31,663 nucleotides of DNA. Origin: Patescibacteria group bacterium (GTDB lineage: Bacteria; Patescibacteriota; UBA1384; JAGGWG01). The translations under genes and the position numbers were made by a program. The notes under the pieces are model-generated. The model was given only the letters and a program-made list of their open reading frames with translations, was not told the origin of the DNA and searched no databases. The stretch covers positions 1-31,663 of the forward strand of contig JAQVDI010000001.1 in the NCBI GenBank assembly GCA_028698375.1, written 5' to 3'. Shown here one piece after another: positions 1 through 7,173 of the stretch. How positions within the stretch are numbered: position 1 is the first letter of the stretch; the number at the start of each line of letters is the position of its first letter.

Positions 1-396
1 ATCATTCAGGCGATCATACATCTATTTCAAGGTCGCGATAGCCTCTTTATTGTTTGAATTGTGAGGAAAACTTGTTGTCATGCAGATAATCATGTCGAAT
101 TTTTCATTCCAAGACTTTGAAAGAGTTCTAAAGTTTTCATTTTTCAAAGCTATCGACAGACCTTTGAGATTTTTACCTGCACTTTTTAGCATTCCGTCCG
201 ACAAATCAGAGCCAGCACATTTAAGCCCAAGTTTATTCAACATGAACAAATGCCAGCCAGTGCCACAAGCACAGTCAAGACAGGTTTTTATTGAATATTT
301 CTCGATCAGCTTTTTGAAGAAAGATTCTTGTTTGAAAATTTCTTCTTTAGGTTGTAGTGCGTCGTAATCGACGGACAGATTTTGATAGTTATCCAT
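1..396 (-). pseudogene. Class I SAM-dependent methyltransferase interrupted by an in-frame TAG; runs off the left edge
   Basis: Motif I LDCACGTGWH, then GSDLS and FDMIICM. The frame stops at TAG 22-24 after 124 aa but continues in frame as ATG TAT GAT CGC CTG AAT GAT (MYDRLND) to position 1. Confidence 0.75.
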
Positions 397-420
397 AGTT
401 ATTTAGTAATTGCATAAAAG

Positions 421-450
421 ATTATATAAATTTTTTGATATGTCGCACAA
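421..450 (-). promoter_or_regulatory. Putative sigma70 promoter for the methyltransferase
   Basis: Minus strand TTGTGC (450-445), 18-nt spacer, TATAAT (426-421), about 25 nt upstream of the ATG at 396. Confidence 0.5.
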
Positions 451-519
451 CTCATTTCTATACGAATTAAATGTACAATATCGATCATTTTTTGTATATT
501 ATACGAATTTAATGTATAG
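445..519. other. attC-like imperfect hairpin / candidate recombination site
   Basis: CTATAC 458-463 pairs with GTATAG 514-519, ATTAAAT 466-472 with ATTTAAT 507-513, and GTACAATAT 473-481 with ATATTATAC 496-504 (one mismatch). GA bulges sit at 464-465 and 505-506. GCACAAC at 445-451 reads GTTGTGC on the minus strand. Confidence 0.55.
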
Positions 520-573
520 TTATTAATACAAATATTCATTTGCTAATTTGAGTTTACTAATTTTTACAAAATT

Positions 574-1389
574 ATGCAACAAAAATATTTAGACCAAACA
601 AATCAGGAATTAAAATTAAGAAATTACAGTTTCAAAACTGTAAAGATTTATCTTGCTTGTTTAAATGAATATTTTGATTTCAAAAAATTTAATTTAGGAA
701 AAATAGACGAAGAAAAAATAAAACAATTTTTGCTAAACAAACAAAACAAAAAATATGCCCCGCAAACAATTAATCTTTATTTAAACGCAATAAAATTTTT
801 CTACCGCGAAGTGCTAAAAAATACCCAAAAGATTAATTTGAAATTTGCCAAACGAAATAAAAAACTGCCGATTGTTTTATCAAGAAAAGAAATCAAAAAT
901 ATTATTGACACAATTAAAAATCCAAAACATAAATTAATAATTTCTTTAACTTACGGTGCCGGACTCCGAATCAACGAAGTGATAAATTTAAAAGTAAAAG
1001 ATATTGATGTGGATGAGCTGGTAATACATTTGAAAAATGCAAAAGGTAAAAAAGACAGAATCACAATTTTTCCTGAAAAATTAAAAAATAGTATATTAAA
1101 TTTAATAATGGGGAAAGATTTTGATGATTATATTTTTGAAAGCGAAAGAGGAGGAAAACTATCAGAAAGAACAGCTCAAAAAGTTTTTAAAAAGGCGCTC
1201 AAAGAAACTAGCATTAAAAAAGATGCCACCTTTCATTCGCTTAGACATTCTTTTGCCACTCATTTATTAGAAAATGGGGTAGATGTTCGTTATGTCCAAG
1301 AACTTCTTGGCCATCAAAATATTAGAACTACTCAAATATATACACAAGTAACTAATCCGAAGCTAAAAAATATTAAAAGTCCCTTATAA
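574..1389 (+). CDS. Tyrosine recombinase, integron-integrase-like but without the IntI insertion
   Basis: N-terminal LKLRNYSFKTVKIY. Catalytic set GLRINE, KGKKDR, HSLRHSFATH, LLGH and TQIY. Ends in SPL. Confidence 0.92.
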   Translation: MQQKYLDQTNQELKLRNYSFKTVKIYLACLNEYFDFKKFNLGKIDEEKIKQFLLNKQNKKYAPQTINLYLNAIKFFYREVLKNTQKINLKFAKRNKKLPIVLSRKEIKNIIDTIKNPKHKLIISLTYGAGLRINEVINLKVKDIDVDELVIHLKNAKGKKDRITIFPEKLKNSILNLIMGKDFDDYIFESERGGKLSERTAQKVFKKALKETSIKKDATFHSLRHSFATHLLENGVDVRYVQELLGHQNIRTTQIYTQVTNPKLKNIKSPL

Positions 1390-1421
1390 CAAAAAAGCGG
1401 GTAATTTGTCTATTTTATAAT

Positions 1422-1510
1422 CGGTGGGGGTGGGATTCGAACCCACGATCATCTTGCGATGATTCCGCTTTTCGAGAGCGGCCCGATCAACCAAACTCCG
1501 GCACCCCACC
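1422..1510 (-). tRNA. tRNA-Ser(CGA)
   Basis: Acceptor GGTGGGG/CCCCACC, anticodon arm CCGCT-CTCGAAA-AGCGG, long variable arm, GGTTCGAATCC T-loop. CCA is not encoded. Confidence 0.95.
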
Positions 1511-1554
1511 AACTATTTATAATTCCATAAAAAAAGAGTAAAATCAATTTAAAA

Positions 1555-1573
1555 GCCCCGTTTATAACGGGGC
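1555..1573 (-). terminator. Intrinsic terminator after the C39-like gene
   Basis: GCCCCGTT/AACGGGGC 8-bp stem followed by a T-run on the minus strand. Confidence 0.7.
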
Positions 1574-1581
1574 CATAATCT

Positions 1582-2703
1582 TTAATTAAAAAACCATTTT
1601 CTCATTGCTTTAAGCAAAATATTCCCAGTTATTTCTTCTGGCAAATAATCTTTTTCAGACTCAACTGATAAATTTATTTTTAAAGTTTTTTGATCTTGTT
1701 CTGTAATTGCTTCATACAGAAAATATTTTTTATGAAGATCAAGATAAATCGTTGATTCAGTCAATTTAACTGCTGGTTGTTCCACCAAAACATCCAAGCA
1801 ATCTTCCATCTCTAAAGCCAAACAATTTTTTCCTATCGGTGTGTTTTCGCGATCGCGCAAAAAACAATTTTGGATATCAACTACTCGCTTAGAGTCTCCG
1901 CCAAAAAGAGGAAGAACTGTTTTTTCCTCAACAATTAATATGTGATTACCAATTTGTTCAACCACCCAAACTTTATAAATAAAATGACTCGTGACAAAAC
2001 CACCAATTCTGCCTTTCAAAAAAGCTCTTTTTAATTTGCATAATGGCTCTTCAAATTCTTCTTTTGGTCGTCTTTTGAATCCAACAATCATTTTGTATCC
2101 GCCAATAGAGTCATTTATTTCTTGCCAAGAATAATTAATATTTTGTTTTTGGCAATCAGGATCTTGACAGATAACACCGTTATCATTATAACCATTGATA
2201 ACCATGATGTGTCCGCCATCATAACCCTTATCTTCACGATTACTTAATGCACCATAATTTGCCAAGGTAAAAATCACCGGAGACTGCTTGTCAATTTCTT
2301 CTTTTATTTTTTCTGCTGAATAATCAACTGCTTCTAATTTTTTAATCTGATAAATATGCTCCGCAGCAGTAATTAGCTCATCCCAACCAGTAGGCCGACC
2401 ATGCGACAAATAATATTCGTCATCAGCTTTTTCTGGTTCTAAAAAAGCATTAATTTTTTTTACATTCTCAAAATCAGCTTTGCGATATTGCATATAAGCC
2501 GCACACATTTCAAGCGAACAAGGTCCACAAGTTTGCGCTCCGCTGATAACTCCAATATCTTCGCCATATTCCAATAGATGTGGAACTGGTAAAATATTTT
2601 CTCCAAATACCGTCGAAAAACAAATCGTCTGTAAAATAATCACAAACCACAAAATAATGGAACATCGAGTTATTTTTCTGATCACTGCTCCCCTTTTTGT
2701 CAA
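1582..2703 (-). CDS. Exported C39-like (papain-fold) cysteine peptidase with an uncharacterised C-terminal domain
   Basis: Hydrophobic N-terminus, QTCGPCSL (Cys), GGHIMVINGY (His), QDP (Asp). Start is uncertain (TTG in the track). Confidence 0.7.
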   Translation of the reverse strand: MTKRGAVIRKITRCSIILWFVIILQTICFSTVFGENILPVPHLLEYGEDIGVISGAQTCGPCSLEMCAAYMQYRKADFENVKKINAFLEPEKADDEYYLSHGRPTGWDELITAAEHIYQIKKLEAVDYSAEKIKEEIDKQSPVIFTLANYGALSNREDKGYDGGHIMVINGYNDNGVICQDPDCQKQNINYSWQEINDSIGGYKMIVGFKRRPKEEFEEPLCKLKRAFLKGRIGGFVTSHFIYKVWVVEQIGNHILIVEEKTVLPLFGGDSKRVVDIQNCFLRDRENTPIGKNCLALEMEDCLDVLVEQPAVKLTESTIYLDLHKKYFLYEAITEQDQKTLKINLSVESEKDYLPEEITGNILLKAMRKWFFN

Positions 2704-2748
2704 AGAACTTCAACAAGATTATTATAAAACAAAAAATCCAGCCATCAA
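2688..2748 (-). promoter_or_regulatory. Promoter + boxA-like motif + SD
   Basis: TTGATG (2748-2743), N16, TATAAT (2726-2721); GTTCTTTGACAA (2708-2697); AAAGGGGAG. Confidence 0.45.
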
Positions 2749-2765
2749 ATATTAAGACAACTGGA

Positions 2766-3062
2766 TTAGATTTTTCTTTTCAATTTTTCAACTAAATTAA
2801 AAATCAACTCCATTAATGCAATTCCTGCAAATAAAAAAGCAAAAATATTAGCAATCACAACCGCCCGACATAATTCTTGAGTTAACGGCGTTCTACCAAA
2901 AGGAGAAATAACAAAACAAAATAAACTAAATGAAACAAAAGCAACAATAAACCATTTGGACAAACAAGGGATGTGAGCTTGATCTGTTTTAAGAAAATAA
3001 ATAACTATAGAAATAACAGTGGCAATTACCAAAAAAATTCCAGCCCAATAGGTAGGTTGCAT
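2766..3062 (-). CDS. Hypothetical small membrane protein (about 3 TM segments)
   Basis: 98 aa, three hydrophobic stretches, AAGGAG 8 nt before the ATG. Confidence 0.7.
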   Translation of the reverse strand: MQPTYWAGIFLVIATVISIVIYFLKTDQAHIPCLSKWFIVAFVSFSLFCFVISPFGRTPLTQELCRAVVIANIFAFLFAGIALMELIFNLVEKLKRKI

Positions 3063-3070
3063 TTTTCTTT

Positions 3071-3126
3071 CTCCTTTTCAAAGATCTTGTACAATTTAAA
3101 TATATTACAAAATTAAAAAAAGTCAA
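3071..3126 (-). promoter_or_regulatory. Promoter + boxA-like motif + SD
   Basis: TTGACT (3126-3121), N16, TATATT (3104-3099); GATCTTTGAAAA (3086-3075) running into AAGGAG. Confidence 0.6.
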
Positions 3127-3134
3127 CAAAAAAA

Positions 3135-3208
3135 TATCCTGGGCAGGGATCGAACCTGCAACCTACAGCTTAGAAGGCTGTCGCTCTAGCCAATTGAGCT
3201 ACCAGGAC
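3135..3208 (-). tRNA. tRNA-Arg(TCT)
   Basis: Acceptor GTCCTGG/CCAGGAT, anticodon arm ACAGC-CTTCTAA-GCTGT, GGTTCGATCC. Confidence 0.95.
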
Positions 3209-3229
3209 ATAATTTGGTTTGTTGACGAA

Positions 3230-3250
3230 AATTTTCAATTCACAATTTTC
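3230..3250. repeat. Heptamer tandem repeat (AATTTTC-type, 3 copies)
   Basis: AATTTTC AATTCAC AATTTTC between tRNA-Arg and tRNA-Lys. Confidence 0.5.
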
Positions 3251-3277
3251 AATAAATATGAAAAAACTAGGGCAAAA

Positions 3278-3350
3278 AGGGCCCAGTGGGATTCGAACCC
3301 ACGACACGAGGATTAAGAGTCCTCTGCTCTACCAACTGAGCTATGGGCCC
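3278..3350 (-). tRNA. tRNA-Lys(CTT)
   Basis: Acceptor GGGCCCA/TGGGCCC, anticodon arm GAGGA-CTCTTAA-TCCTC, GGTTCGAATCC. The discriminator reads T and CCA is not encoded. Confidence 0.95.
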
Positions 3351-3400
3351 CTCACCTAGTCCGCCAAATTTTGACGAGTTAGGTGAGGGACTATGGGCCC
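3341..3400. repeat. 40-bp hairpin flanked by a 10-bp duplication of the tRNA-Lys 5' end
   Basis: CTATGGGCCC at 3341-3350 and 3391-3400. Inverted repeat CCCTCACCTA 3349-3358 / TAGGTGAGGG 3380-3389. Confidence 0.8.
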
Positions 3401-3497
3401 AAATACAATTTTGAAATAATTTTCAAAAAGTTATATATAAATAATTTTATTAAATAAATAACAAATTTAACTAAAAAATCTGGATTAGTAATTTGCT

Positions 3498-3572
3498 TGG
3501 TGCGCGTGGGAGGTATCGAACCTCCGACCTCGTCTTTATCAGAGACGCGCTCTACCACTGAGCTACACGCGC
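3498..3572 (-). tRNA. tRNA-Ile(GAT)
   Basis: Acceptor GCGCGTG/CACGCGC, anticodon arm CGTCT-CTGATAA-AGACG, encoded CCA. Confidence 0.96.
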
Positions 3573-3665
3573 ATATCTATACTTAAATTATTATGCAAAA
3601 ATTAATCCTAAAAATCAATATCTTAATAAAAAAGTCCGCAATCACCTTTAAGCGCTTAACGGACT

Positions 3666-4652
3666 TTATTGATAGAATAAATTTTTAGAACGCTCTCGCG
3701 AGTTCCCCCAACCAAAGCCACCCTTGTTTCTTTGGTGAGACCCACCAGCTCTTTGAACGCAATAATCATGAAAAGGACAAAGCGTTAAACAATGACAAGC
3801 TGCTTTTTGTTCTAATTTTGAGACTTTAAAACAGATATTAGCTCCAGTGTGCCAAAGAGACTGTAAAGCTTCAAACCAAGACAAATTATAGCGATTAAAC
3901 ATATAAACTAAAAAGTCGCTAACAATATAAGAAGCAGTATTCTTTTTATCAGTACTCCATTCAATCAAAATATTAAAATTACGCATTTCACGAGCAATCC
4001 ACAAATCAACTGGTGCTACTGCAATTTGTTTTAAATCCTTCCAATCGTTTAAGTGATCTTGCCATTCCACATCCTGGAAATAAAGAGCCACTAATTGAGC
4101 TACTTTTTGACCATATCCATAAAAACGTGATAACTCTTTAATCAACCCTGCACGATTCCTAGAAGACTGGTAAAAAATATTACGAGCATCACTATCATAA
4201 TCTTTGCGTAATAAATCTAAATTAAACTTCCAACCAATCAATTTTTCATTTTTTTCTTTTTTGCCCCCTTCTGTTTTAGCAGAAGTAAAAGCCAAAACAG
4301 GTCCAAGCTTTTGTCCAGCTAAATCTTCATTATATTTTAATAAGGGATCAATTAACCACGGGTGTTGATTAAATATATTGCTACCTTCACCTATGGCAAC
4401 ATTTGTTTTTTCACCATAACGATTCAATGATCCGTAAGAAAAAAGATATAACCCATGCATCCTTGAACCATATTCAAAACCTGCAGGCAAATGAACTAAT
4501 TCTGGCTGATCGCAGTTAATTAGATGTTTATATTTTCCATGCCAAGCACTCACAGCCAAATTGAGAACTTCCAAAGCCCTATTCTCATCAAAAATAATCC
4601 AATTTTTACCACGTCTTACTGTGACCAATCCATCTTTTACTGAGATATCCAT
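3666..4652 (-). CDS. HhH-GPD superfamily DNA glycosylase-like protein with C-terminal Cys cluster (paralogue 1)
   Basis: HhH LSRFYGYGQKVAQL, APVDLWIAR, C-x13-C-x3-C-x5-C. Confidence 0.65.
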   Translation of the reverse strand: MDISVKDGLVTVRRGKNWIIFDENRALEVLNLAVSAWHGKYKHLINCDQPELVHLPAGFEYGSRMHGLYLFSYGSLNRYGEKTNVAIGEGSNIFNQHPWLIDPLLKYNEDLAGQKLGPVLAFTSAKTEGGKKEKNEKLIGWKFNLDLLRKDYDSDARNIFYQSSRNRAGLIKELSRFYGYGQKVAQLVALYFQDVEWQDHLNDWKDLKQIAVAPVDLWIAREMRNFNILIEWSTDKKNTASYIVSDFLVYMFNRYNLSWFEALQSLWHTGANICFKVSKLEQKAACHCLTLCPFHDYCVQRAGGSHQRNKGGFGWGNSRERSKNLFYQ

Positions 4653-4658
4653 TTTAGA

Positions 4659-4716
4659 CCTTTTTGTTAAAGGGCGTTAACTTAAAAATTATATAGTTAA
4701 AAATTAATATGTGCAA
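4659..4716 (-). promoter_or_regulatory. Promoter + boxA-like motif
   Basis: TTGCAC (4716-4711), N17, TATAAT (4693-4688); CGCCCTTTAACAA (4676-4664); weak SD AAAAGG. Confidence 0.6.
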
Positions 4717-4727
4717 ATAAACAAAAA

Positions 4728-4751
4728 AACCCGCCAAGATCATGACGGGTT
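4728..4751 (-). terminator. Intrinsic terminator overlapping the stop of glycosylase paralogue 2
   Basis: Minus strand AACCCGTCA/TGGCGGGTT stem followed by a T-run. Confidence 0.6.
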
Positions 4752-5681
4752 GGAAGAAAATAAAGTTAATCGTGGAAAAGCATAATTCCAATTCATAGTA
4801 CCATCAACTTTATACATTGAACCAGTACAAATGCGTTTACAATATCTGTTAAATGGACATTCAACATAACAATAGCTACCAACCGAATAAGGATCCATCG
4901 GACGTTTAACACAAATCTGTCCAGCATGCCAGAAAGCATTTGATAACCGACTATGATTAATATTATAATCATGGCAAATTTTTGCAATAAATTCACTTGT
5001 CGGCAAACGAACAGCATCATGTTGATCAGTATCCCAATTTATAACAATATCCCATTGTCTCATAAATCGTAAAATCCAAAGATCCACCGGCATCATCTCA
5101 ATCTCACGAATTTCTTTCCAATCTTTTTCACAATATTGCCAAGCGACATCTTGATACCAAATTGCAGCTAATTGAGCCACTTTAGAAGCAATACCATAAA
5201 AATTCGATAAAGCGGAGATAACGCCTTCGCGAGAACGTTCTGCTCTTAAAATAATTTCGCCCGGATCTCCATCATATTGATCACGTAAAATCTTCAAATT
5301 ATGTCGCCAACCATCAATTCGCAATTTTCCTTCTCGACCTAATTCTGAATTAATGGAAACAAAACCCATAACTCCAGATAACAACTGATGATAATCCAAA
5401 TTCTCAAAATCAGACATAGGGTCAATTAATCGTGGATCTAATACAATTGATTTTGAGAACTTAGGCATGGCACGATTTGACGCTTGGCCATAACGATTAA
5501 TTGCTGCTCCAAAAAAAATCCAACGCCTATGATCAACTGAACCATATTTAATAAAATCAGGCATATAGACAACTTCCGGTTGCTTCATCTTACCGTAACC
5601 AAGAATTTTATTTTCCCAAGCCCAAACTGCATATTTAAAAATTTCAATGGCCCTTTCATTATCAAACTCAAGATTTGCCAT
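4740..5681 (-). CDS. HhH-GPD superfamily DNA glycosylase-like protein with C-terminal Cys cluster (paralogue 2)
   Basis: HhH LSNFYGIASKVAQL, MPVDLWILR, C-x13-C-x3-C-x5-C. The ATG at 5681 is preferred over the TTG at 5687 because AAGGAG lies 6 nt upstream. Confidence 0.65.
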   Translation of the reverse strand: MANLEFDNERAIEIFKYAVWAWENKILGYGKMKQPEVVYMPDFIKYGSVDHRRWIFFGAAINRYGQASNRAMPKFSKSIVLDPRLIDPMSDFENLDYHQLLSGVMGFVSINSELGREGKLRIDGWRHNLKILRDQYDGDPGEIILRAERSREGVISALSNFYGIASKVAQLAAIWYQDVAWQYCEKDWKEIREIEMMPVDLWILRFMRQWDIVINWDTDQHDAVRLPTSEFIAKICHDYNINHSRLSNAFWHAGQICVKRPMDPYSVGSYCYVECPFNRYCKRICTGSMYKVDGTMNWNYAFPRLTLFSSNPS

Positions 5682-5686
5682 TTGCA

Positions 5687-5744
5687 ACTCCTTTTCAAAG
5701 AGCGTTAGCTTTAAAATTTTAGAACTAAAAAATAGTTAGGTCAA
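5687..5744 (-). promoter_or_regulatory. Promoter + boxA-like motif + SD
   Basis: TTGACC (5744-5739), N17, TAAAAT (5721-5716); CGCTCTTTGAAAA (5704-5692) running into AAGGAG. Confidence 0.65.
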
Positions 5745-5795
5745 GTTCGATAAAAATCAGCGCATACCCAAGAGGTGTGCTTTTAAAGTTACTAT

Positions 5796-5993
5796 TTATT
5801 TTTTCTTACCAAAAATGAATAAATATAAAATTGGCAGGATGCCAGCTGTATTAAAAATCATTATCACCACAAACCACGGCACCGAATCATTTTTAGCTGC
5901 ACGCCACAAGGCGAACGCCTTCCAAACTGATTCCCAAAGAACTAAAAAACCAATTAGCCATAACATTCCAACAGAATAACCTAAAGTTTCCAT
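5796..5993 (-). CDS. DUF5652-like small membrane protein
   Basis: WESVWKAFALWRAAKND..WF....FNTAGILPILY pattern, two TM segments. Confidence 0.75.
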   Translation of the reverse strand: METLGYSVGMLWLIGFLVLWESVWKAFALWRAAKNDSVPWFVVIMIFNTAGILPILYLFIFGKKK

Positions 5994-6013
5994 AAATTTC
6001 CTTTTTCAATTTT

Positions 6014-6325
6014 TTATTGTCTGTTACTGTATTTTAATCGATTGTTCAACTCTACCAACCTTTTTGCCTTTGCATTATCAAAATTGCCCGAATCAATTTG
6101 CTCTTTCCGAAGCTGTTTTAATTCTTCTTGCTCTTCTTGCGTTAAAGGATCACAACGATATTCTTCTTTATGTGTTTCTCGTTCATATTTCTTTTGTTCT
6201 GCAAGTAAACGCTGCATTTCTGCATTTTCTTCATTAGTTTTTTGATTAAGACTAATTAACTCAGTAATTCTTGCTAATCTTCTTTGTTTACCATCATCAA
6301 CATTTTGTGGCTCTGATTCATTCAT
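6014..6325 (-). CDS. Hypothetical helical / coiled-coil protein
   Basis: 103 aa, E/Q/K/R/L-rich, in line with the ABC operon. Confidence 0.65.
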   Translation of the reverse strand: MNESEPQNVDDGKQRRLARITELISLNQKTNEENAEMQRLLAEQKKYERETHKEEYRCDPLTQEEQEELKQLRKEQIDSGNFDNAKAKRLVELNNRLKYSNRQ

Positions 6326-6356
6326 AAATTTTTTATTAATTTCTTAAATTTTACCA

Positions 6357-7166
6357 TTAAGATACAGAAATGTCTCGTCGCTTGAAAATTATTAAACCTA
6401 ATAAAAAAAACAAAATGATAGCACCCAAAAAAACGACTAAAGTGAGCCACTCAATTTTGCCATCACCTAAAATTAAATTTGGATTAAAATAATGAAAAAA
6501 TGACAAAAACTTTAAATCTTCGACGCTTTTTTTCAAACTAGATAAAATATTAAAAGCATACATCAAAACAACTAAACCAACAGTAAAAAAAATTACTTTT
6601 CCTCGATCAGAAAAAACGGCAGATAAAAAACTAGCTAAGCTAAAAATCGCCCCTGAAAACAAAATGCCAACTAACCAAATAGCCAAAAAGTGAGCTAATT
6701 GAAAATTAATTCCATAAACTAAAATTAATAGAATAATACTTAAAACGGAAATTGTCGTAAAAACAAAAAGGTTAAAAAAACCAGCTAAGTATTTTGCGAA
6801 AAATATTTTTGCACGAGAAATTGGTTGTGCCAAAATTGTTTCCATTGTGCCTTTCTCAATTTCTCCTGCCACCGAAAAGGCGCCCATACCCACGACTAAA
6901 CTAATAATTAAAATAGGCCAAATAAAACTAAACATTTCCATCGCTAAATAATTTTCTACATGAGAAAAAGAAAGCTGGACATTCCCTCCAAAAACTTCTA
7001 AAAAACCTTGTGGATAAGTTTCAATTAATTTTTGCAATTCTTCGGCTTGACTCTGGATATAGGGGAATAAACCAATATACATCCAAGCAAAACCAAAATT
7101 AGCTGCTAAAAAAATAATCAAAGACAAATAACGATCTTTAATAACCCTTAGAAATATAGTTTTCAT
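6357..7166 (-). CDS. ABC-2-type exporter permease
   Basis: About 6 TM segments, AGEIEKGTMETILAQPISR motif, ends KRRDISVS. Confidence 0.9.
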   Translation of the reverse strand: MKTIFLRVIKDRYLSLIIFLAANFGFAWMYIGLFPYIQSQAEELQKLIETYPQGFLEVFGGNVQLSFSHVENYLAMEMFSFIWPILIISLVVGMGAFSVAGEIEKGTMETILAQPISRAKIFFAKYLAGFFNLFVFTTISVLSIILLILVYGINFQLAHFLAIWLVGILFSGAIFSLASFLSAVFSDRGKVIFFTVGLVVLMYAFNILSSLKKSVEDLKFLSFFHYFNPNLILGDGKIEWLTLVVFLGAIILFFLLGLIIFKRRDISVS

Positions 7167-7173
7167 AAAACGA

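Noticed and set aside
80-367. 95-aa plus-strand ORF
   Set aside because: Antisense shadow of the methyltransferase with no motif.
1431-3305. Shared GTGGGATTCGAACCCACGA in tRNA-Ser and tRNA-Lys as a possible att pair
   Set aside because: Explained by T-arm conservation in two complete tRNAs.
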